A stretch of DNA of 64,000 nt. Origin: Candidatus Odyssella sp. (GTDB lineage: Bacteria > Pseudomonadota > Alphaproteobacteria > Paracaedibacterales > Paracaedibacteraceae). A program made the translations under genes and the position numbers. Within the stretch, counting starts at the first letter, position 1. Every line of letters starts with the position of its first letter. The stretch is taken from the NCBI GenBank assembly GCA_020718185.1, contig DYSP01000001.1, positions 22,913 to 86,912 on the forward strand. The letters are read 5' to 3'. The notes beneath the pieces were generated by a model that ran no database searches, had not been told where the DNA came from, and saw nothing but the letters and a program-made list of their open reading frames with translations. Below, one piece after another: positions 9,561 through 19,606 of the stretch.

Positions 9561-11351
9561 CTACGCTATTCTAAGAATTGCTTCTCTCATTTCAAAAATA
9601 TACTTAAGTGCTTGGGTAGCAACTTGCCTTGAAGTATTGGTGTTGTACATTTTAATAAGTTCTTCAGATACTTTTACACTTGATTTATCTGCCGCCAAAG
9701 CCGCCACCTGGTTATAAGTTGTTTGGCTTGATTTCAGATCATACTTTGCTTGATTCGCTTTGTTTTGCAGCAATGATATTAACTGAGTCGAATAATTTTG
9801 AGCATCTATTGCGATACCTTGAACATCTCCTGCAGGCAAAAATTGTAAATTTCCCTGTGAAAGTTGATGCGCAATGGCTTGAGCAATATCGGTTTTTCTA
9901 TTTCCCAAAGCACCACCTAGCAAAGTCGGTATAGGTGTCCCATCACTCAAAGTTCCAACTGACAAATGACTACTATTAACCAAAAGATCAGGTCGAATAC
10001 TTAATTGATTTGCAATACCCGTCTGTGAGGTGGAGCTAGCAAGATCTGTACCTGTTTGAAATAAGTTATTAAGACCAAAAAAATGTGAAAAACCAAGACC
10101 CGTTGTTGGATCATACGCATTTCCCAAACTTATCATCGGCTGAACACCACCCACAGCTGCAACTGCTCCGCCGCTTACTGTGTAATCTTGGGTCCCAACG
10201 GCATTCATGAGAGTTGCTATTGTCATACCATTTACTAAAGGAACATCTTTATAATCAATAATTGTACCGTGATTATCAATGACCCCTAACCGAACGGTTC
10301 CTGTTCCAGAAATTTGTGTATTTCCATCAAAAGGTGCATTTGCTAACCCAGGAAGCGACATTGTGCCGGTAAGAGTTGATCCGCCCATAAGAGCAGCACC
10401 TTGGTTATGCAACGCATTCACTGTATCACGAATGACTCTTGTTAACTCATCAAATTCGCTTTGAGCCTTAACTAAGTCCTGATCACGCATGCGCAGCAAA
10501 CCACCTAGTTGCCCATTGGTAATTTCAGCATTAATATCAACACCAATATCTGTAGTTATTGGTGAAAGAGCTTGCCCTGGAACAACGATTGTACTGGGTG
10601 TATAGTCTAATTGATAATTATAAGACCCCTTAACAAGCGTTCGTCCACTACCCATGGTGGCAATTGTAAGAGTATTGTCTGGTGTTTTAAATACATCAAT
10701 ATCAACAAATCCAGCAAGTTGATGTACAAGCTCTGCCCGATCATTTTCCAGACTTGTCACATCAATATAACCAGCCAACGCTGGAGATGATTGATCTCTA
10801 CTGATAGAAAGTTGCGCAATTGTTTCATTAAACGCCGTAATCCGTTTCATTAATTCATTAACTTCTTTGACAGCCTTATTTAACATCTGATCATAAGAAC
10901 TGCATAAATCGTTAATCTTGTTAGCAACACCTGAAATATTAGTGGCAAAAGAACGGGCAAAAGCCATTGCTTCAGTTTTTTTAGATAAATCTGGATTTGC
11001 TGTAATACCATCAACTGTGGTGATAAAGCGCCCTAAATCATGGGCAAATGATGACTGAGTCCCTTTTGCTCCAAACATCACGCTGATGTCTTCATAAAAC
11101 TTATGCATAACTTGATTTTGCGATAGCGTTGAGTTTTCTTTTCTTGTTTGTAATTCAATTGTCGGATCAATCGCATTATAAATGGGAGAAAGCGTAACAC
11201 CACTTAATCCTCCTTGACTTCCCAAGGAAATAACTTGTGCATGCTTTGCCATATACCCATCTCTTTCGGCATTAGAAATATTTGTACTACTGATATTCGC
11301 TAAGCCATCTTGGGTTTTAATCACTGAAAGAATAGATGTGATGGAAGGCAT
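9561..11351 (-). CDS. flgK: Flagellar hook-associated protein 1
   Basis: N-terminal NISNAERDGY, LENDR..LV..LA, GQLGGLLRMRD, C-terminal SSVKVSEEL. 596 aa. Confidence 0.88.
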   Translation of the reverse strand: MPSITSILSVIKTQDGLANISSTNISNAERDGYMAKHAQVISLGSQGGLSGVTLSPIYNAIDPTIELQTRKENSTLSQNQVMHKFYEDISVMFGAKGTQSSFAHDLGRFITTVDGITANPDLSKKTEAMAFARSFATNISGVANKINDLCSSYDQMLNKAVKEVNELMKRITAFNETIAQLSISRDQSSPALAGYIDVTSLENDRAELVHQLAGFVDIDVFKTPDNTLTIATMGSGRTLVKGSYNYQLDYTPSTIVVPGQALSPITTDIGVDINAEITNGQLGGLLRMRDQDLVKAQSEFDELTRVIRDTVNALHNQGAALMGGSTLTGTMSLPGLANAPFDGNTQISGTGTVRLGVIDNHGTIIDYKDVPLVNGMTIATLMNAVGTQDYTVSGGAVAAVGGVQPMISLGNAYDPTTGLGFSHFFGLNNLFQTGTDLASSTSQTGIANQLSIRPDLLVNSSHLSVGTLSDGTPIPTLLGGALGNRKTDIAQAIAHQLSQGNLQFLPAGDVQGIAIDAQNYSTQLISLLQNKANQAKYDLKSSQTTYNQVAALAADKSSVKVSEELIKMYNTNTSRQVATQALKYIFEMREAILRIA

Positions 11352-11366
11352 TTTTATATTCCTTAT

Positions 11367-11792
11367 TTATAATTTTGCATCAACAGACATCATTGAAACA
11401 GTCAACGAATTACGTCTAAAAGATCCAGCTTTCGTATAATAACAATTGGGTGTTCCTTTTTTTTTGTGGGAATGCACAATAAGATTCAGTACGCGTTCTT
11501 GTGCGGCAAGAGCAATAGATAGCTTACTTTCATTTTCTTGTAATTTATCTGCCAGTTCATTGACGATATTCACTAACTCTTCTTTTTGGAGATTGGCAAT
11601 TTCTGACCATTCTAAACTTTCAGGTAGGCGTTGCGATAATAATTCATATTGATGGGCAATTTCTTGTTTTTGTCGCACCAGATCACTACCTTGTTCCCAA
11701 TTATCACTATCCAACAGGTCATTTTCTCGTATCAAAACCTGTAAAAATTTATGAGCAACCTTCATAAAAGAATCAATTATGTTAAAGTTCAT
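11367..11792 (-). CDS. FlgN-like flagellar export chaperone
   Basis: Helical 141 aa between flgJ and flgK, with LIREN..L, ENE..L and C-terminal Y.KAG. Confidence 0.6.
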   Translation of the reverse strand: MNFNIIDSFMKVAHKFLQVLIRENDLLDSDNWEQGSDLVRQKQEIAHQYELLSQRLPESLEWSEIANLQKEELVNIVNELADKLQENESKLSIALAAQERVLNLIVHSHKKKGTPNCYYTKAGSFRRNSLTVSMMSVDAKL

Positions 11793-12109
11793 CCATCGGC
11801 TCCTTGATTTTTCAAAAGGATCGGATAAACCGACTCGGCAATTTTTAACCCCAAGGAAGCCTGATTGGCAATATTTTCCGTTAAGACGGAACGAAAGACC
11901 ACTTCCATTCTTCCACCCCCAAATAAACCCGTTTTATTGTCAGAAAAAAGTTGTTGCATACACTGTCCTGCAACCATATTTTCGAACTTTTGTGCAGCTT
12001 CCCATGCTTTTTTAGGATTAGCGTGCACACCTTTTTTCATATTTCTTAAAGATGCATCTGTAGCGGTTGATGTACTCGCCATTCCTGCTGTTATTATGTC
12101 TTTGGCCAT
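11789..12109 (-). CDS. flgJ: Rod-binding protein FlgJ (short form, no muramidase domain)
   Basis: AWEAAQKFE, GLFGGGRME.VFRS.L, GL.IAESVY. Directly after flgI. Confidence 0.85.
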   Translation of the reverse strand: MAKDIITAGMASTSTATDASLRNMKKGVHANPKKAWEAAQKFENMVAGQCMQQLFSDNKTGLFGGGRMEVVFRSVLTENIANQASLGLKIAESVYPILLKNQGADG

Positions 12110-13228
12110 TAGATCACCTCTATTTCAGCTTGGAGAGCACCAGCTGCCTTGATGCTACGTAAAATTGTAATCATATCTCGAGGGGTAACGCCCAGCGCAT
12201 TTAATCCATTGACTAATTTTTGTAAAGTAATTCCTGATTCCATCACCACAAATTTGCCAGATTCTTCATGCACATCAATATCAGAACGTGGAACAGTCGT
12301 TGCTGTTGTGACTTGAGTAAAAGGATTAGGCTGCGAGACTTGCGGTGTTTCACTCACTTTTATAGTAATACTGCCATACGTCACAGCAATAGTTGACACA
12401 CGAACGTGTTCGCCCATTACAATCACACCATCTTGATCATCAATCACAACTTTGGCAATTTGATCGGGCACCACAGTTAATTGTTCAAGCTTAGTTAAGA
12501 AATTCACTAAGTCCCCTTTAAATGTGGGTGGAATGCTCAGAGCAACCGTGGTAGGGTCGATGGCTTTTGCAATACTTGAAAAGCTTTTGTTGATTGCCTC
12601 ACCAATTCTATTGGCGGTAGTAAAATCAGGGTTGCGCAACGTTAAATTCATAGTATTGAGATGTGCAAGCTCAAATCCTACTTCTTTTTCAACAATAGCA
12701 CCTGCAGAAATTTTTCCTGATGTTGGAACGCCTTTAGTAATTTTGCTGCCACTTTGTCCAGCTGCGGTAAATCCCCCCACTGCCACCGGGCCTTGCGCAA
12801 CCGCATATACATCACCATCTGCGCCTAACAATGGCGTCACTAGCAGAGTTCCTCCTCGAAGAAGCGCTACCAATTGCTGAAACAGTCACATCTACTGTGC
12901 TGCCTTGACGTGCAAAGGGGGGAAGGCTAGCTGTAACCATCACGGCTGCAATATTATTACTACCTATCGCGGCTGCATCTCGGATATTGACACCTAGGCG
13001 CTCTAACATTCCCGTTAAACTTTCTTTAGTATACGGGTTATTATTAATCGTATCCCCTGTTCCATTCAGCCCTACCACCAAGCCATACCCAACCAATTGA
13101 TTTTGACGAATTCCTTCAAAACTTACGATATCTTTAATACGCACAAGATGCATCTTTGCCTCTGCGACAGTGTTTGTACATCCCACAAGATATATAAAAG
13201 AAAGTAACAATGAAAAAATTCGCTTCAT
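12109..13228 (-). pseudogene. flgI: Flagellar P-ring protein FlgI, frameshifted near 12860
   Basis: N-part RIKDI...NQLVGYGLVVGLNGTGD...DVTVSAIG and C-part LRGGTLLVTPLLGADG..YAVAQG are in different frames. The junction GCT TCTT CGA lacks bases. Start taken at MKRIF (13228), downstream of the sigma54 site. Confidence 0.9.
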
Positions 13229-13266
13229 ACAACTTGAACCTTTGCTATTAAGTACATTTTTATACA

Positions 13267-13283
13267 AGCAAAGATTGTGCCAA
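13267..13283 (-). promoter_or_regulatory. sigma54 (-24/-12) promoter of the flgI operon
   Basis: Minus strand TTGGCACAATCTTTGCT matches TGGCAC-N5-TTGC exactly, ~40 nt upstream of the flgI ATG. Confidence 0.85.
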
Positions 13284-13395
13284 GTATCTGAAAGAGAGAA
13301 ATAAATACCGTGAATCAGAATAAATAGTTAAGGGAAATTATTGAAGAATGTGTGATGAAAAAGAAGAGCAAGTAAAAATACCTGCCCAAAATTAT

Positions 13396-13680
13396 TTATC
13401 TTCTACGCATATGCAGGCGAGGTGCTGCACGACGAGTTGCGGCTGTTACTCGAGGAGCTGACGTGTGAATTGCTGTTTTACGAACGGCTGGCACTTTAAC
13501 ATTAGGTTGTGCAAAATAGTCCGTAGACTTTACTGAAACAGTGTATTTGAAGCAGGGGGCAAGCCTGAATATCCCTGAACAACTATAAAAAGCTGATCAG
13601 TAGCTTTAACCCCTATGCTATTCATTAACGGTGCTAATTCTGGAATTTCACGAAATGTTATTGCGTATTTAAATAAATGA
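13396..13680 (-). pseudogene. Degraded ORF remnant with Arg/Ala-rich C-terminus
   Basis: 66-codon open stretch ending ...APRVTAATRRAAPRLHMRRR-TAA without a good start, overlapping another open frame (HLFKYAITFREIPELAPL...). GC richer than the flanks. Confidence 0.35.
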
Positions 13681-13939
13681 AAATATTATTTTTTATCCCC
13701 TTTTTGGGGAAAATTTAAGCCTTTGATATATTTAGAAATTGTTTTCTTTTATATCAAGTAATAAATTAAAATAACAACTTTATTATATTTTACATAGCCA
13801 AAAGGTACATATTATTGTAGTAAACTTACAACACTTATCCGTAAACATAGACTTATTTATGTTTAATTTATTTTTATTTTTACGAAAAAGGACTTAAAGT
13901 TTGGTAATGTAACTCAATTTTTATGTTAAGGAATTGTAA

Positions 13940-15187
13940 ATGCGAAGTTTACTCTTACTCTCGTCAATACTTGGTTTAAGTATTGCAGCAACAACAACGG
14001 CAAGTGCTAGTGGTTATGGCATTAAAGTAAACAGCACGATCCTTCAAGGACGGGCAAATGCGGGTAGCGGTGTTACCTCTGACATTTTTGCTATGTATAA
14101 TAACCCAGCCATTTTGTCTCAGTTAGGATCAAAATACGAAGCGGCAATTAATGGAACAAGTCTTTTGCCACACGTAAAATATAATGACTTACTAAATGGC
14201 AATACATCAACAAGTAACGTTGCTCAGAGCCGCTTTACGGGTGGTGGTGCATTTGCTGCAAAAATTCACCCATGCGTAACGGTTGGTCTTTCTGTAACAA
14301 CACCATTTGGGTTGGCATTTTCTTACCCAAACACGCCTACTTCCCCGGTTAGAAATTATGTTGTTCAGTCTGACATGAAGTCTGTAGCCATATCACCAAC
14401 GATTGCTTTCAAAGTTAATCCAATGTTGACTTTGGGTGTTGGCGTTGATGCTCAGTGGACAGAAGTGAAATTTAGCAACTATCCGACACAATTCTTTCCT
14501 ACAACTTTTGCAACAGCTAAAGGGAATGACTGGGTCGCTCGCGGTACTTTTGGCGTATTGATTGAACCAACAAAAGATCTTCGCCTTGGTGTATCTGTTA
14601 AGACACGGGCAACATCTAAATTAAAAGGTGATTTTACAGTTCTAAATCCTCAACCTGCTGCTAATTTAATATCAGGAAAAGCATCGGCAGACTTACCACT
14701 GCCAACAACGATCTCTTTCAGTGCCAGCTATAATGTTACACCAAAGTGGACAGTTTATGGTGACTTTATTCGCACCAACTGGTCAGCAGTTAATAACATT
14801 ACATTGAATACACCTGCAGGTTCACCAACACTTGTGGGTGGTTGGAAAGATTCAAACTTCTTCAGCATTGGAACCGACTATAAACTTGCAGACCGTTGGA
14901 CAGTACGTGGTGGACTTGGGTTTGACAAAACACCAACGACAACTGAAAATCAAAATGGCTTACCAAGTCGTATTCCCGGCATTCCAGATAATAATAAAAT
15001 CTGGCTGGCAATTGGTGGATCCTACGAAGTTAAATGTGTGAAATTTAGCTTGAGTTATGGTCATGAATTCTTTAAAAATGCGTCCATTCAACAAGATGCA
15101 GTTCCAGCACGTGGCAGACCAGCACTTAATGGCCAAGTTAAAGAACATGTTGATTTAATCAGCTTGCAAATTAACTACAAATTCTAA
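13940..15187 (+). CDS. fadL: Outer membrane long-chain fatty acid transporter, FadL/TodX family
   Basis: Signal peptide, GRANAG, YNNPA, TPFGL, C-terminal INYKF. Confidence 0.9.
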   Translation: MRSLLLLSSILGLSIAATTTASASGYGIKVNSTILQGRANAGSGVTSDIFAMYNNPAILSQLGSKYEAAINGTSLLPHVKYNDLLNGNTSTSNVAQSRFTGGGAFAAKIHPCVTVGLSVTTPFGLAFSYPNTPTSPVRNYVVQSDMKSVAISPTIAFKVNPMLTLGVGVDAQWTEVKFSNYPTQFFPTTFATAKGNDWVARGTFGVLIEPTKDLRLGVSVKTRATSKLKGDFTVLNPQPAANLISGKASADLPLPTTISFSASYNVTPKWTVYGDFIRTNWSAVNNITLNTPAGSPTLVGGWKDSNFFSIGTDYKLADRWTVRGGLGFDKTPTTTENQNGLPSRIPGIPDNNKIWLAIGGSYEVKCVKFSLSYGHEFFKNASIQQDAVPARGRPALNGQVKEHVDLISLQINYKF

Positions 15188-15209
15188 ATTTATGTAAAAG
15201 AATTTAGTC

Positions 15210-15239
15210 AAAAAGGGTTTCAATGAAGCCCTTTTTTTT
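15210..15239 (+). terminator. Intrinsic terminator after fadL
   Basis: AAAAAGGGTTTC-AAT-GAAGCCC followed by T8. Confidence 0.8.
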
Positions 15240-15314
15240 CAACTGAACCTTGTGGTCACTCGATTATATTATGAGTGATGACAGACATACTGCTGAAGGA
15301 TAAAAGGATTTACC

Positions 15315-15764
15315 ATGAAAGCGTTATTTAAGTCTTTCCTAACTATTATAAGTATTATTGGTTTTTCAACCACTGTTAAAGCCGCTCTTGATACACCTAT
15401 TGGCTATTGGCGCACCGAAGAGGGTAAAGCCAAAGTTCAAGTTTATGGATGTGGCACTAAGCAGATTTGCGGCAAAATCATTGAATTAAAAGAACCAAAA
15501 GACCCTAATACTGGAAAAGACAAAACTGATCCAAATGGCAAGCCCATGATTGGCATGGAAATTATGAAAGATTTTAAACATACTGAAGGCCAAGAATGGG
15601 ATGAAGGCAGCATTTATGATCCTAAAGAAGGAAAAACATACAGCGCAATGTTTGAACTTCAAAAAGGTGGGAACACTATGGATTTACGTGGTTATGTCCT
15701 TATTAGTTTAATTGGAAAAACGCAAACTTGGACACGTACAACCGAAACCGATCCATTAAAATAA
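15315..15764 (+). CDS. DUF2147 family secreted protein
   Basis: Signal peptide, GYWRT, ICGKI, W..G.IYDPKEGKTY, LRGY...LIGKTQTWTR. Confidence 0.9.
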   Translation: MKALFKSFLTIISIIGFSTTVKAALDTPIGYWRTEEGKAKVQVYGCGTKQICGKIIELKEPKDPNTGKDKTDPNGKPMIGMEIMKDFKHTEGQEWDEGSIYDPKEGKTYSAMFELQKGGNTMDLRGYVLISLIGKTQTWTRTTETDPLK

Positions 15765-15771
15765 GTATGAA

Positions 15772-15807
15772 TTCTCCCCCCAATTTTATCCTAAAGAGGG
15801 GGGAGAA
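15772..15807. terminator. GC-rich hairpin after the DUF2147 gene
   Basis: TTCTCCCCCC / GGGGGGAGAA 10-bp IR. Confidence 0.6.
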
Positions 15808-15968
15808 ATTTATCACTCACCTACCTTTAAGCTAACTACTAAAACTTGAGTTATTGAAGTAAGTTAATTAATTCGTTATTTTAACATTAAAAAAATTTGC
15901 GAGAACGGCACTTTTTAGTTATTGTTGTCATATGAGCTGTAATTGTAAAAACCCCCAGAAGGTTTTGT

Positions 15969-16427
15969 ATGGATATGCCATCAAATATGCAAATTATTTA
16001 TGTTGATGACGACGAAGTGGATCGTCATATTTTTGAGATTGTTCTCAATAAAATAATGATCACCCCTCAAATAACCTTTATTAAAAATGGTCAAGAATTT
16101 TTAGATTTTTTTTATAAAGAGAATTCTTACAAAGACAGAGATATTATCCACGGGCAATTAATTATTTTTCTAGATATTAATATGCCTTATCTAAGTGGAT
16201 TAGACGTTTTAAAGAAATTATCAGAATCTCCTGTAGCTCAAGATCATCATCTTCCTATTGTCATGTTTTCCGGTTCAAAAAGAGAAAAAGATATTTATGA
16301 AAGCAAAAAACTAGGAGCGATGGATTACATCGTTAAACCTTTTTCCTATCAAGAAATGATTGTGTCTTTATCTACCCTTATTACTGAATATATAAAAATA
16401 GGGAAAGTAAAAGAAATGGAAATTTAA
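15969..16427 (+). CDS. Single-domain response regulator (Rcp1-like receiver)
   Basis: VDDD, FLDINMP phospho-Asp, SGS, YIVKP. Confidence 0.9.
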   Translation: MDMPSNMQIIYVDDDEVDRHIFEIVLNKIMITPQITFIKNGQEFLDFFYKENSYKDRDIIHGQLIIFLDINMPYLSGLDVLKKLSESPVAQDHHLPIVMFSGSKREKDIYESKKLGAMDYIVKPFSYQEMIVSLSTLITEYIKIGKVKEMEI

Positions 16428-16818
16428 AGAGATCTTTATTGATCTGTAACAATATTTTTTCCTTTTTTCTGTTCTTACTTAGTGTTTAATAAAACTTTTT
16501 AATAATCTCGAGCCTATAAACGTTCACTAAGAAAAACTGAACTACTCAAAAACAAAAAAAACAAACTATAGATAGAAAGATATTTCATGAGTAAAATGAA
16601 AAACTTAGTCTGTAAAATGTTATATTTTGAACCTAATTCACAAAAATACAGTTGCAATTAAAAAATATTGCTGTATCACATAGAGTATGAAGATAGAATT
16701 TATGACAACTTAATTTGAACTTTAAGTTTAATTTTATGTTAACTTACCATGAAGGTGTGTTTCGTAATTGATATAGACAAGATTTATGGTGACTCACATT
16801 TAACGTCAAGGCAATGTT

Positions 16819-18060
16819 ATGGTTAAAAATTTTGATCCAAAAAACCCTTTAAATTCTTATACACCTACTCAAGGTAACTTGCTTGAATTTATAACCCCTT
16901 ACATCTATGCGCTTTCGCAAGTTACTGCTGAAAGAGATAATGGAGATGTAGACCATTATGCCCATACCTACATCTCTTCTTTTATAACAAAAGCACAAAT
17001 TCAGGTTGGGCTTCTTGATACGGATGGTTTTTTTAATGTGATCAGCCAACCATTTGATAATTGGGTTAAGCAGAAAATTAAAAGAGGGTGCGATTTTATT
17101 TCTCAAAGTATTTACGAGATGTTCACAGAACTTCCTCAAGAAATAAAAATCGCTTTACAGCAAAACTTAGAGGGATCTGCCGTAAGATTTGAAGAAGTTA
17201 GCTTAAACTCACCAAAAGGCCAAAAACTATGGATTACGTGGGAATCTTTCCCTTGGTTTAAGACTAACGGCGACATTGCTGGAATTATTTTCTTTTGCCA
17301 AGATATCACTAAACAAAAAGAACTATACTTTGATGTTTGCAAACTTTATTCTCGTGCTGAATTATTAGAAAAATTTTCGCTTATCTTTTCTCACGACCTT
17401 ATCCAACCTTTACGTCAGATTTCAACATATGTTTCCTTTTTAGAAACAGAACTTGAAGATACAATGAAGAACAATCCAAAAATCAGCCAGAATATTAATT
17501 CTTTAAACCGCTGCATCACTAAAACTAAGGAAATTTGCGAAGGTATCGTCGTTTATTGTAAGAATGGAGACTTAACTATTAATAGAGAGCCGGTAAACTT
17601 GGAAGAAACGATGACAATGATTATAGAGTGGTGCCGAGAACGCCCCGACATCATTATAAACGATTTTACAAGTAAGGATTTGATCTTAGATGTTAATAAA
17701 GCTTGCGTCTTACAGCTATTCCAAAATTTATTAGACAATGCCATTAAACATTCCATTAATATGCCTATCGAAATTACTATTTCAGGGCAATTTATAGAAA
17801 ATAACTATTACGAATTTAGCCTTCATAATAATGGGTGGTGCGGTGATACATTGCAGCAAAAAAATGTATTTAACGCATTTTATTCAAATTATGCAGATGG
17901 TGCAGGTTTAGGGTTAATGATCTGTAAAAAAATTATTGATGCTTACGGCGGCAATATCAGTTTTGTTTCCCACCCAGAAGAAGGTACAAAAATTACTTTC
18001 TCGCTGCCTCTTTATACTGAAGAAGACGAAGAAAATAACTATCAACAACACGTAAGTTGA
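16819..18060 (+). CDS. PAS-domain sensor histidine kinase, cytoplasmic
   Basis: PAS/PAC-like W...PW...G.I.G.I....DIT, H-box FSHDLIQPL, N-box QLFQNLLDNAIKH, G2 GAGLGL. Confidence 0.9.
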   Translation: MVKNFDPKNPLNSYTPTQGNLLEFITPYIYALSQVTAERDNGDVDHYAHTYISSFITKAQIQVGLLDTDGFFNVISQPFDNWVKQKIKRGCDFISQSIYEMFTELPQEIKIALQQNLEGSAVRFEEVSLNSPKGQKLWITWESFPWFKTNGDIAGIIFFCQDITKQKELYFDVCKLYSRAELLEKFSLIFSHDLIQPLRQISTYVSFLETELEDTMKNNPKISQNINSLNRCITKTKEICEGIVVYCKNGDLTINREPVNLEETMTMIIEWCRERPDIIINDFTSKDLILDVNKACVLQLFQNLLDNAIKHSINMPIEITISGQFIENNYYEFSLHNNGWCGDTLQQKNVFNAFYSNYADGAGLGLMICKKIIDAYGGNISFVSHPEEGTKITFSLPLYTEEDEENNYQQHVS

Positions 18061-18264
18061 CAAAGAATATTTGGTAGTATCCTCTCCATTATTCCTTTTA
18101 GGTTGTAATACGAGATTTTTTTGTGGTATTTAACCTAGATTGTATCCTTATCAAAATGACATATAGTAATTTATTGCAAGATTAACTAATTTTATTAAAA
18201 TTATTAATTTACATTAAAATATTATTTGATTTTGAGGGATAATTCTGCACATGGAGATGCGTAA

Positions 18265-18948
18265 ATGATCGACGATATTGATAAATATGTCGCAAAGAAG
18301 CTAAAATACTACAGGACTAAATTTGATTGGCCTTTAAAAAAACTTGCTGATGATTTGGATGTATCACTTCAACAAATGCATAGATATGAGCAGGGAACAA
18401 ATAAAATATCAGCTGGGCTTTTATACAAGCTTGCAAAAGTTTTTCAAATAGAGATTTCTTGTTTTTTTGATAAATTTGAAGCAGGTGAAAATGCAGAGGT
18501 AGATAATACATATAAAATTTTGTTGATTGAAGACAATCCTGATGATGAATATTTTTTCAGGAAGTGCATTAGTGAGTTTGACCAACCTTTGGAAATATAT
18601 GTTTTAAGGGATGGTGCAGAGGTTATTAATTACTTTAGGGAATTACAAGACACGTCAGTACGTCTTTTTTCAGAACCAGACATCATTTTTATGGATCTGA
18701 ATCTTCCATCAGCAAGTGGGTTTGATTTGTTAAGTGACTTAAAAAAACGCCCTGTCCTTAATGGAGTACCAATTATCATCTTAACAAGTAGCATTAATGA
18801 TGACGATGCGACAAAGTCATACCATCTTCACGCAAATGGATTTATCAAAAAATCTTTTATATTTAAGGAATATAGCGATCAGCTTAATATGGCATTAAAT
18901 TATTGGATAAAAGCTGCAAGCCTTCCACATCATGAACAAACTAAGTAA
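18265..18948 (+). CDS. XRE-HTH plus receiver-domain response regulator
   Basis: N-terminal HTH (LA..L.VS.QQ..RYEQG.NKISAG.LYKLA). C-terminal REC (LLIEDN, FMDLNLP, LTSS, FIKK). Confidence 0.88.
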   Translation: MIDDIDKYVAKKLKYYRTKFDWPLKKLADDLDVSLQQMHRYEQGTNKISAGLLYKLAKVFQIEISCFFDKFEAGENAEVDNTYKILLIEDNPDDEYFFRKCISEFDQPLEIYVLRDGAEVINYFRELQDTSVRLFSEPDIIFMDLNLPSASGFDLLSDLKKRPVLNGVPIIILTSSINDDDATKSYHLHANGFIKKSFIFKEYSDQLNMALNYWIKAASLPHHEQTK

Positions 18949-19111
18949 TATAGATCATTGCACAATGAATATTTTGAGATAATTAACATGTCAAGAAAAC
19001 CAGGAAATGTGCTTTATATATAGTTGTAGATGAGAATTTGAAGATCACATTGGCATTATAGAAAATCAAAAGAGCTGTGGAATAAAGAGATCTGATATAG
19101 GCAATTAACAT

Positions 19112-19140
19112 AAAAAACCCCTAATTAAGGGGCTTTTTTA
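19112..19140. terminator. Probable bidirectional intrinsic terminator
   Basis: AAAAAACCCCT-AATTA-AGGGGCTTTTTT between convergent genes. Confidence 0.7.
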
Positions 19141-19157
19141 TTTCCAAAAAATAGTTT

Positions 19158-19364
19158 TTATTTCTTTTCTTCTGTTGTAGGAGCAGCAGGTGCAGGTGTT
19201 ACTACTGCAGGTGCAGCTGGTGCAGGCGTTACTACTGCTGGCGCAGCGGGTGCAGGTGCTACTACTGCTGGCGCAGCTGGTGCAGCAGCTTTCTTTTCTT
19301 CTGGCTTGCTATCACAGCCAACGATTGTTGCACCCAAAGCCAATACTAATAAAACTTTTTTCAT
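19158..19364 (-). CDS. Small Ala/Pro-rich lipoprotein
   Basis: Lipobox IVGC after a hydrophobic signal, GGAG RBS, repeats of APAAPAVV(A/T)P. Confidence 0.8.
   Translation of the reverse strand: MKKVLLVLALGATIVGCDSKPEEKKAAAPAAPAVVAPAPAAPAVVTPAPAAPAVVTPAPAAPTTEEKK
19181..19285. repeat. Imperfect 30-bp tandem repeat (~3.5 units) encoding APAAPAVVTP
   Basis: Recurring GGTGCAGG-N4-ACTACTGC at 30-nt spacing, with mostly synonymous differences. Confidence 0.9.
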
Positions 19365-19606
19365 TTTTGGACTCCATCCATTATTGTTATCTAGTAATAA
19401 CCAACTTATACTTAAGTATGATTAGAAATTCAACTCATTACTCAATTTTAAATTACCTTCTGGACTCTTTTATAACCCTAAAGATCACCCCAGCAGTAAA
19501 CATATATACTCTAATGAAATCATAGTTTACATATGACACTGATTATCATAAATAATATTTCTGAAAATAGTATTAATATTTTATTTGAAGGTGAATCCTT
19601 TTTCGT

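Noticed and set aside
18948-19099. Possible very old palindromic element (TATAGATC...GATCTGATATA)
   Set aside because: Only short patchy symmetry, not distinguishable from chance by eye.
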